Source: Candidatus Heimdallarchaeota archaeon B3_Heim
GTDB lineage: Archaea; Asgardarchaeota; Heimdallarchaeia; Hodarchaeales; Hodarchaeaceae
NCBI GenBank assembly: GCA_003144275.1
Contig: NJBF01000089.1
Coordinates: 1-6,797 of the forward strand
Direction of reading: 5' to 3'
Length of the DNA: 6,797 bases
Shown here: piece by piece, positions 1 to 6,631 of the stretch
How positions within the stretch are numbered: position 1 is the stretch's first letter
How the letters are laid out: each line of letters begins with the position of its first letter
Notes under the pieces: generated by a model
What the model was told of the DNA's origin: nothing
Databases searched by the model: none
The model's input: the letters and a program-made list of their open reading frames with translations, nothing else
Position numbers and translations under genes: made by a program

Positions 1-3000
1 TTAAAAAAGGAAAACTGGGTCCAAGTAGCTGGTCATTATAACATACCTGTAACTGTCGCTTTAACAAAACTTCAGATACGCAATTTAATAGTAGATCATT
101 GCCTTGAAAATGACATAATTGACGAGGCAGCGGAAAATCCTAGTGTCGAGGTTATGCGATTGAAACTACAGTTTCAAGCAAATGAGAGGGATGAACGTAG
201 GCTAGCTCGAGAGGCTGAAATAGCACGAGCGCAAAGAGAGCATGATGCTGAAACGCAACGTGCACAGGAGGCGCAAAAAGCACGAGATGCTGAGGCGGAG
301 GCTGAAGCGCGACGTGCACAGAATGCAAAAGCCATGAGTGATGCGGAAGCGCAAAGAGAGCATGACGCTGAAGAGCAACGCGCACGGAATGCGAGAGAAG
401 CGCGAGATGCTGAAAAAGACGCTGAAGCGGAGGTTGAAGCACGACGAGCACAGGAAGCGAGAGAAGCGCGAGATGCTCAAAAAGCTTTGCAAGACGCGAA
501 ATTGGCTAGTGAAAGACAAGCTCGCGAGTTAGAAATACAAGCGGCACGCGAAAAAGCAGCCAGTGATAAAGAGGCGCGCGAATTTGAGTTTAGGGCGGCA
601 CAAGAAACAGCGGCCTTAGAAGCGCAAGAAAAAGCCAAAGCACGTGCTGCAGAATTAGTGCATGAAGAAAGAATGGCAAGTATGGGTAGGTCCCCTCCTC
701 CAGATAGAACTAATATATTTGACCCTGCTAGAAATATCAGATTAGTCCCCCCCTTTCAAGAGAAAGAGGTAGATAAATACTTTGCTCATTTTGAGAAAGT
801 AGCAGACAGTTTGAAATGGCCTAAAGACAGTTGGGTATTATTATTACAAAGTGTCCTGACAGGAAAAGCCCAAGAAATTTATGGAGCTTTATCAGTTGAA
901 CACAGTTCTGATTATAATTATGTGAAAGAAGCAATTCTCAAAGCTTATGAATTGGTCCCCGAGGCTTATAGGCAAAAATTTAGGAAGTATATCAAGTATG
1001 ATAGCAAAACACATGTTGAATTTGCTAGGGAAAAAGAGAACTTGTTTAATAGATGGTGTCATTCTAAGGAAGTTGGTCAGGATTTTGACAAGTTAAAACA
1101 AATGATTTTACTTGAGGAATTTAAAGAAAAGGTTCAGGCCGATGTTAGATCACACTTAGATGAACAGAAAGTAGAGGAGTTAGAAAAAGCAGCAGTAATG
1201 GCTGACGATTACTCCCTCACACACAAAATAAGTAGCAAGTCTAATAACCCCCAACAAAGAAGACCTTATAATCCAGGTAGATGGAATACAGGTAACAGAA
1301 ACAATTTACCCAAAAACTCTAATCAGAGAGACCGACAAGAACAAGGTAAGTCAACTGAAAGTGTTGGGTTAGTTAACAAGGTAGAGGCTGCAAAGCCAAT
1401 TAGTTGTGGACATTGTGGAAAACCTGGCCATATAATTTCGAATTGTTGGAGATTGGTAGGTAAAAAGTCTTGTGAACATTGTGGTAAAAATAATCACAAA
1501 AGTGAGAATTGTTATACTTTAAAGAATAACCCAGAAACGACAGTCCGTCCGACTGGATTAACTAGCTTGAGAGGTAAAACAGGAAAGGGTTTACTGTCAA
1601 AGTCTGTCCCCGATGCTGGTAGCATCATTGATAAAAGTAGTCCCGTTGTAGAACCTGATTACATGGAGAAATACAAACCCTTCATATCCGAAGGAGTAGT
1701 GTCATTAGTAGGAGATGAGAATAGCTCACAAACTATTAAAATCCTAAGGGATACTGGAGCAACTCAGTCACTAATGTTAGAAGGTATTTTACCCCTTACA
1801 GAAACAAGTTTCACCGGTGCAAAAGTACTTATTTCTGGGGTTGAGATGGGCATATTAGAAGTTCCCCTCCATGAAGTAAATATTAAGTCCAATTTAGTAA
1901 ATGGCAACATAGTTGTAGGGATGAGACCCTCATTACCTGTAGAAGGTATATCATTAGTACTCGGAAACGACTTAGCAGGTGAGAAAGTCATGGTTGATCC
2001 CCGAGTAATAGAAAAACCCAGAAACGATGAGAAAACTGAGAAATTATCAGAAAAGTTCCCAGGTATATTTCCTGCCTCTGTAGTAACGCGTGCTATGAAG
2101 GTGAAGGAGAGTGCAAATGAGGAACAGTATAAAGAGATAATTGATCTCTCAGGTACGTTTCTAGGTGATAAATCAGGAATAGTGGAAGAAAATAAAAAGG
2201 AGAAAAAGACATCTGTCTTATTACCGGACAAACCTAGGGATAACAAAGAGACCCCTCCACAGCAACAGGTAAATAAAGAAACTTCAGTAATTTCTAGACA
2301 GAAATTAATTGAAGAACAAGGTAAGGATAAAAAGTTACTTGATTTGTTTAAAATAGCCTTAACTCCAGAAGAAGCCGAAAAGGTGAGTGTTGGTTATTTG
2401 GTCAAGGATAACATTTTGATGAGAAAATGGTCGCCTACAGAATGTGACAGTGAGGAGAAGGTGAAGACAGTGTATCAAATTGTAATTCCTGCCATAAACA
2501 GGCAAGAGGTTTTAGGATTGGCACACGAGATGCCAATGTCTGGTCATTTGGGAATACGTAAAACCCATGATAGAATATTGCAACATTTCTATTGGCCTGG
2601 GTTGAAAAGTGATGTAACTAAGTGGTGTAGGGAGTGTCACATTTGCCAAATAGGTGGCAAACCAAATCAGAATATTCCACAGGCACCTTTACAGCCCATA
2701 CCAGCTTTTGACGAACCATTTTCCCATATTATAATTGATTGTGTAGGGCCACTGCCTAAAACAAAGTCACAACATGAGTATTTGTTGACTATAATGTGTA
2801 GTTCGACCCGATTTCCAGAAGCTATTCCCCTTAGAAATATCAAAACAAATACAATACTTAAAGCCTTGATAATATTTTTCACATCTTTTGGCTTGCCCAA
2901 GTCAGTGCAGTCAGACCAAGGAACAAACTTTATGGCCCATACATTCCAACAGGTAATGAATCAGTTAGATATTAAACAGTACAAGTCCAGTGCATATCAT

Positions 3001-5157
3001 CCAGAGAGTCAAGGAGCTCTGGAAAGATTCCATCAGACATTGAAAACAATGCTCAAAATGTATTGCACTGAGAATAGTAAAGATTGGGATGAAGGGGTGC
3101 ATTTGTTGTTATTTGCAGTTCGTGAAAGTGTTCAGGAATCACTAGGATTTAGCCCTTTCGAACTGGTGTTTGGCCACACTGTACGTGGACCTTTGTTATT
3201 GTTGAGAGAAAAGTGGCTTGATGAAGATACTGAAAAAATTAGTATCCTGAAGTATGTAGCTACCTTTAAGGATAGGTTGTTTAGAGCAGGAGAAATGGCT
3301 AAAAAGAATCTTCAGGAATCACAAGCCAAAATGAAATTGTGGTATGACAAACATGCAAGATCAAGAGTATTTGAACCTGGAGATAAAGTGTTAGTTTTGT
3401 TTCCTATAGTAGGTAACCCGTTGCAGGCTAGTTATTCTGGTCCTTATGAAATAGTTAGAAAGATCAGTGAAACTAATTACTTGGTCAAAACTCCTGATCG
3501 TCGTAAGGAAACACAACTATGTCATATTAATATGTTAAAAACATATTACCAGAAACAAGAACCAGACCTTAGTACAAAGAGAGTTGGAGAGACCAGTGCT
3601 TTGGTAAGTTTGGTTGAAGGTTCTAACGCGGTGCGTGAACCACTGGTAGATGAAACAGTTGTCCCCCCTACAAAGGTAGAGGATGTAGAAAATGAGGTAA
3701 ATTTAGGAAATGACAAACAGCCAATTAAGCTAAAAAACTCTCAGATCTTAAATGCTCTAGATAGTAAATTGTCACATTTACCCATACACAAGAGAGAGGA
3801 ATTAGCTAACATGATTAGGCAGTTTAGAGGCATATTTCCAGATGTCCCAAATAAGACTCATATAATAGAGCATGATGTGAATGTAGGAGAGGCCTCCCCC
3901 ATAAAGCAACATCCTTATAGGGTTAGTCCTCTGAAAAAAGAGTTACTTGACAAAGAGGTTCAGTACATGTTAGAAAATGACATTATAGAGGAAAGTCAAA
4001 GTAACTGGAGTTCACCATGCATCTTAGTACCGAAACATGATGGCGGGTATAGATTTTGTACAGACTTCCGAAAAGTCAACGATAAAACAAAATCAGACTC
4101 ATTTCCGATTCCGAGAATCGCAGATTGTATAGACCGTATCGGAACTGCAACATATGTCAGTACATTTGATATGTTGAAAGGTTACTGGCAGGTACCTTTA
4201 ACCGAGCGGGCAAGAGAAATCTCTGCATTCGTAACACCGAGCGGCTTATATCAGTATAAAGTCACCCCTTTTGGGATGAAAAACGCTCCGGCTACATTCC
4301 AAAGAATGGTTAACAACTTAATCCGAGATATTGACGGGTGCGAGGGATATATAGATGATGTAGTCATCTATAGCGAGAATTGGTCAGATCACGTAAGTCG
4401 GATAAAACGATTCTTTGAAAAGATGTTAGATGCAAATCTAACCATTAATCTTTCGAAAAGCGAGTTCGGAAAAGCGACCGTGAAATACCTAGGACATGTT
4501 GTGGGTCAAGGTCAAGTAAAACCCATCGATGCTAAAATCCAAGCAATAGCAAATTTTCCTGTCCCTACCTCAAGAAAAGAACTAGCTAGATTCTTAGGTA
4601 TGGCAGGATATTACCGGAATTTCTGTTTAAACTTTTCGGATATTGCATCTCAATTGACAAATTTATTGAGCAGAAAAGTTAAGTTTATCTGGACTGACAA
4701 ATGTCAATTGGCATTTGACAAAGTAAAATTGTTACTTCAGAAATACCCTGTTTTAAGAAGTCCAGACTACGGGAAACCTTTCAAGCTCATAATAGACAGT
4801 AGTGATGTAGGAACAGGTTCTGTAGTTGTACAGGAAGACTCAGAAGGATTAGATCACCCTGTTGGCTATTTCTCTAAAAAGTTCTTAAAACACCAAAAGA
4901 ATTATTCTGTCGTTGAGAAAGAAACTTTAGGTTTAGTTTTAGCTATTGAGCATTTCGATGTATATCTTGGTTCAACACCATTTACTATCAAGGTGTATAC
5001 TGATCATAATCCTCTGACATTCCTGAAAACTATGAAGAATAAAAATCAAAGATTAGTCAGGTGGAGCTTAGCTTTACAAGAATATGATCTTGAAATTCAG
5101 CACATAGCTGGAATAGATAACGTAGTGGCGGATGCGCTCTCGCGATGTATAGGTTGA
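1..5157 (+). CDS. gag-pol: Gag-Pol polyprotein (Gag-PR-IN-RT-RNase H), 5'-partial; frame is open from base 1, upstream of the ORF-track Met at 154
   Basis: Bases 1-153 translate without stops in the same frame (LKKENWVQVAGHYNIPVTVALTKLQIRNLIVDHCLENDIIDEAAENPSVEV-M). The frame then runs 1667 aa to TGA at 5155-5157 with no frameshift or internal stop, and all expected catalytic motifs are present. Confidence 0.96.
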   Translation, partial: LKKENWVQVAGHYNIPVTVALTKLQIRNLIVDHCLENDIIDEAAENPSVEVMRLKLQFQANERDERRLAREAEIARAQREHDAETQRAQEAQKARDAEAEAEARRAQNAKAMSDAEAQREHDAEEQRARNAREARDAEKDAEAEVEARRAQEAREARDAQKALQDAKLASERQARELEIQAAREKAASDKEAREFEFRAAQETAALEAQEKAKARAAELVHEERMASMGRSPPPDRTNIFDPARNIRLVPPFQEKEVDKYFAHFEKVADSLKWPKDSWVLLLQSVLTGKAQEIYGALSVEHSSDYNYVKEAILKAYELVPEAYRQKFRKYIKYDSKTHVEFAREKENLFNRWCHSKEVGQDFDKLKQMILLEEFKEKVQADVRSHLDEQKVEELEKAAVMADDYSLTHKISSKSNNPQQRRPYNPGRWNTGNRNNLPKNSNQRDRQEQGKSTESVGLVNKVEAAKPISCGHCGKPGHIISNCWRLVGKKSCEHCGKNNHKSENCYTLKNNPETTVRPTGLTSLRGKTGKGLLSKSVPDAGSIIDKSSPVVEPDYMEKYKPFISEGVVSLVGDENSSQTIKILRDTGATQSLMLEGILPLTETSFTGAKVLISGVEMGILEVPLHEVNIKSNLVNGNIVVGMRPSLPVEGISLVLGNDLAGEKVMVDPRVIEKPRNDEKTEKLSEKFPGIFPASVVTRAMKVKESANEEQYKEIIDLSGTFLGDKSGIVEENKKEKKTSVLLPDKPRDNKETPPQQQVNKETSVISRQKLIEEQGKDKKLLDLFKIALTPEEAEKVSVGYLVKDNILMRKWSPTECDSEEKVKTVYQIVIPAINRQEVLGLAHEMPMSGHLGIRKTHDRILQHFYWPGLKSDVTKWCRECHICQIGGKPNQNIPQAPLQPIPAFDEPFSHIIIDCVGPLPKTKSQHEYLLTIMCSSTRFPEAIPLRNIKTNTILKALIIFFTSFGLPKSVQSDQGTNFMAHTFQQVMNQLDIKQYKSSAYHPESQGALERFHQTLKTMLKMYCTENSKDWDEGVHLLLFAVRESVQESLGFSPFELVFGHTVRGPLLLLREKWLDEDTEKISILKYVATFKDRLFRAGEMAKKNLQESQAKMKLWYDKHARSRVFEPGDKVLVLFPIVGNPLQASYSGPYEIVRKISETNYLVKTPDRRKETQLCHINMLKTYYQKQEPDLSTKRVGETSALVSLVEGSNAVREPLVDETVVPPTKVEDVENEVNLGNDKQPIKLKNSQILNALDSKLSHLPIHKREELANMIRQFRGIFPDVPNKTHIIEHDVNVGEASPIKQHPYRVSPLKKELLDKEVQYMLENDIIEESQSNWSSPCILVPKHDGGYRFCTDFRKVNDKTKSDSFPIPRIADCIDRIGTATYVSTFDMLKGYWQVPLTERAREISAFVTPSGLYQYKVTPFGMKNAPATFQRMVNNLIRDIDGCEGYIDDVVIYSENWSDHVSRIKRFFEKMLDANLTINLSKSEFGKATVKYLGHVVGQGQVKPIDAKIQAIANFPVPTSRKELARFLGMAGYYRNFCLNFSDIASQLTNLLSRKVKFIWTDKCQLAFDKVKLLLQKYPVLRSPDYGKPFKLIIDSSDVGTGSVVVQEDSEGLDHPVGYFSKKFLKHQKNYSVVEKETLGLVLAIEHFDVYLGSTPFTIKVYTDHNPLTFLKTMKNKNQRLVRWSLALQEYDLEIQHIAGIDNVVADALSRCIG
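229..480 (+). repeat. In-frame tandem duplication in Gag (about 40-aa unit x2) encoding an Ala/Glu/Arg-rich predicted coiled coil
   Basis: Unit 1 is 229-348 and unit 2 is 349-480; both start gcgcaaagagagcatga (AQREHDAE). Unit 2 has an extra 12 nt (415-426, KDAE). A sub-repeat of the type RAQEAREARDAE occurs 4 times. Confidence 0.88.
718..1212 (+). other. Gag capsid region including a SCAN-like domain (about 958-1212)
   Basis: VPPFQEKEVDKYFAHFEKVA...W..LLQSVLTGKAQEIY...VKEAILKAYELVPEAYRQKFR...LFNRW...LKQMILLEEF...AAVMADDY. This pattern is typical of Gmr1-like Gag, from which the vertebrate SCAN domain is known to derive. Recognised by eye. Confidence 0.8.
1405..1512 (+). other. Two CCHC zinc knuckles (nucleocapsid)
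   Basis: CGHCGKPGHIISNC (1405-1446) and CEHCGKNNHKSENC (1471-1512), both exact CX2CX4HX4C. Confidence 0.95.
1729..1990 (+). other. Retropepsin-type aspartic protease domain (boundaries approximate)
   Basis: IKILRDTGATQSL with catalytic DTG at 1750-1758; C-terminal LVLGNDL motif. Confidence 0.9.
2500..3550 (+). other. Integrase (HHCC zinc domain, DD35E core, GPY/F C-terminal region); boundaries approximate
   Basis: H(2524)EMPMSGH...CRECHIC; D at 2737 (IIDCVGP); D at 2914 (SDQGTNF); E at 3022 (GALERFHQTLK), giving D-35-E spacing; YSGPY with GPY at 3439-3447. Confidence 0.95.
3900..4530 (+). other. Reverse transcriptase core (boundaries approximate)
   Basis: IKQHPYR, SNWSSPCILVPK, YRFCTDFRKVN, FDMLKGYWQV, PFGMKNAPATFQR, YIDD at 4348-4359, KYLGHVV. 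Confidence 0.97.
4774..5154 (+). other. RNase H domain (Ty3/Gypsy type)
   Basis: KPFKLIIDSSDVG (D 4795), YSVVEKETL, YTDHNPL (D 5002), NVVADALSR (D 5131). Confidence 0.95.
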
Positions 5158-5456
5158 TCTTAATACTGGTTGGAATATTCAGGAAACCTCCCCAGAATGA
5201 ATGTTAACCAGTCTTTATATAACATTGTATAATATGATTAATGCATGCTTAATAGTTTTTTCTGAAAAAGTTCTAACTTGTACATCGTGATGCATCTTAG
5301 AGAGACATAACATATTTCTTGCTACAATATTTATACATTATAATGATGTGAATTTTATTACATGGATAATATTGTTATTTAAGAAAAATGTGTTACATGT
5401 ATAATTTTTGAAATAAGAGGATGATTCGTTTGCATTGTATGCAAACTCTTTTAACT

Positions 5457-5463
5457 GAGGGGG
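5457..5463 (+). other. Polypurine tract (plus-strand primer)
   Basis: GAGGGGG directly abutting TGTTA, about 300 bp downstream of the pol stop. The position is as expected, though the tract is short. Confidence 0.7.
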
Positions 5464-5809
5464 TGTTATGGTGTTGTGAATATATTTAAGAATTAAATGT
5501 AACTTTTTAATAAATATTAGTTTATGATATATACAGTATAGTATATTTATTAGAATCATTATATCTGAGTTGGTATTGTTATAGCAGTGACAACTAATAT
5601 ATTTCATTGTTTATTTAAGAACTTATAGAGACAAAGGTATTAATTAACGATGTCATTCTTATGTATACACTATTGTATGATAATGAGGAGTGGCTTCATG
5701 CTGTGATAGCATCACTGTGTTAATGATGTAAATTGGGCCTAGCTTAATTGAGGTAATTAGTACTTGAGCTCATTTGTGTGAGGATTAAAATAATCAGTCT
5801 TGCAGAGTT

Positions 5810-5844
5810 TATATAAATGGACCCATTTAAGAATTTAATTAGTT
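5810..5844 (+). promoter_or_regulatory. Putative LTR Pol II core promoter: TATA box plus initiator
   Basis: TATATAAA at 5810-5817 and Inr-like TTAGTT at 5839-5844, with the A at 5841 31 nt after the TATA start. The AT-rich context lowers specificity. Confidence 0.5.
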
Positions 5845-6222
5845 CTTTCCAGTTGTTACTCAAGGAGAGTAGAGCTAAAATCTGCCTCCCAACAAAAAAT
5901 AGCTTATTATCAGTTAAAGTTTGATTTCTGATATGTTAAGAAGAAGCAGTCAAAGTTATGATTACTGAGATCTAAGAAGCTGAGACGTTGGCAAAGAAGA
6001 TCTATTGAAGAATTATGAACATTGATATTGTTTCAGTTATATTATAGAAGATAGACTAATTTTAGTCTAGGAAACAATAACAGGGTAAAGAGCAGAAGAA
6101 CTCATTTCAACACTACAAAAAGAAGTAGATGAGGAGAACACAAACTCGAACCCATGTTTCCAGATAGAGTTAATTAAAACTCAAAAGAATGGTGAAGTAC
6201 TGCAAAAATAGCAGTTAAAGAG

Positions 6223-6255
6223 AAGACCAACAAAAGACCAACAGAAAGACCAACA
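6223..6255 (+). repeat. Short tandem repeat AAGACCAACA x3 inside the LTR
   Basis: Exact 10-mers at 6223-6232, 6234-6243 and 6246-6255 (period 11-12 nt). Confidence 0.85.
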
Positions 6256-6408
6256 AAAGAGATGGATCCCATCAGGAGACTAGCTAGCAACAAACTTTAA
6301 GTATTTATTACTTACTACTTATATTTTTTATTTGTTCTTTTAATTTATGTAAAATGAACATCTTTAGTAGTTAAGTTTTTTAATAGATAAGATTAAAAAG
6401 TTTTGTTG

Positions 6409-6414
6409 AATAAA
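6409..6414 (+). terminator. Putative polyadenylation signal of the LTR
   Basis: AATAAA (plus ATTAAA at 6392-6397), followed about 20-35 nt later by a GT-rich tract (ttgttgtgtttgctt), about 90 nt before the LTR end. Confidence 0.55.
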
Positions 6415-6575
6415 TTTTGTATTGCATAAAAGCCTTGTTGTGTTTGCTTATTGGAAGGTCTGTTTGGTTCTGTCTATTCTGTTACATTTAACGAGCCGTA
6501 ACAGGTGTCACTGCGGTTTTCTTCTGTCCTTTCTTTGCCTTGAGGTGCTGATCTCTAATAGAGGTGCACATTTTC

Positions 6576-6583
6576 TGGCGCTG
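6576..6583 (+). other. Candidate primer-binding site for element B
   Basis: TGGCGCTG begins 5 nt after a CA end at 6570. From memory it matches 8 nt of the 3' end of some tRNA-Ser isoacceptors, but the match does not clearly extend. Not verified. Confidence 0.35.
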
Positions 6584-6631
6584 GCTCGATGTCCAAGCAG
6601 AACTCAGAAAAAGACTTGAAAATAAGCAATC

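Larger units (their letters stand above)
1..6503 (+). mobile_element. Ty3/Gypsy LTR retrotransposon, Gmr1-like (PR-IN-RT-RH order); element A, 5' end outside the window
   Basis: Single gag-pol ORF with Gypsy-type RT (PFGMKNAPATFQR, YIDD), RNase H and integrase (GPY motif). Integrase is upstream of RT and Gag has a SCAN-like domain. It is followed by a PPT and a TG...CA bounded LTR candidate. Confidence 0.93.
5464..6503 (+). repeat. Long terminal repeat (3' LTR of element A), about 1040 bp
   Basis: Starts TGTTATGG right after the PPT and ends CCGTAACA (7/8 terminal inverted repeat). Contains TATA, Inr-like and AATAAA motifs in U3-R-U5 order. No second copy is in the window, so the right boundary is inferred; 6570 is an alternative end. 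Confidence 0.72.

Noticed and set aside
152-532. ORF-track ORFs 152..451 (-), 202..519 (-) and 338..532 (+)
   Set aside because: Shadows of the repetitive GC-rich Gag segment, which is depleted of stops in other frames; low-complexity products.
1764-2900. Antisense ORFs 1764..2246 and 2667..2900
   Set aside because: They lie opposite protease and integrase coding sequence, have no recognisable motifs, and are explained as antisense shadows.
4031-4528. Overlapping antisense ORF as the cause of the CpG patch
   Set aside because: All three minus-strand frames contain stops within the interval.
5158-5463. Possible env or extra ORF after pol
   Set aside because: Only about 300 bp with frequent stops, and TGA is followed by TAA after one codon.
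5338-5607. Minus-strand 89-aa ORF
   Set aside because: I/N/Y/K-rich translation of AT-rich non-coding DNA that spans the PPT/LTR boundary.
6089-6211. 40-codon stop-free stretch in the LTR (RAEELISTLQKEVDEEN...)
   Set aside because: No ATG, short, and expected by chance in purine-rich sequence. It could only matter if splicing is shown.
6223-6255. CRISPR-like or array-like interpretation of AAGACCAACA repeats
   Set aside because: 10-nt units with 1-2 nt gaps and no spacers; an ordinary minisatellite.
6503-6510. GGTGTCA as a tRNA-Leu-type PBS abutting the LTR
   Set aside because: It lacks the leading T of TGG and the match stops after 7 nt; too weak to call.
6599-6604. Tf1-like self-priming (AGAACT complementary to AGTTCT at the predicted TSS, 5841)
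   Set aside because: Only 6 nt and far from the LTR end; consistent with chance.
5158-6631. Hammerhead or other self-cleaving ribozyme in the non-coding region
   Set aside because: No CTGANGA...GAAA core with flanking stems was found by eye. An Infernal/Rfam search would be needed to exclude other classes.
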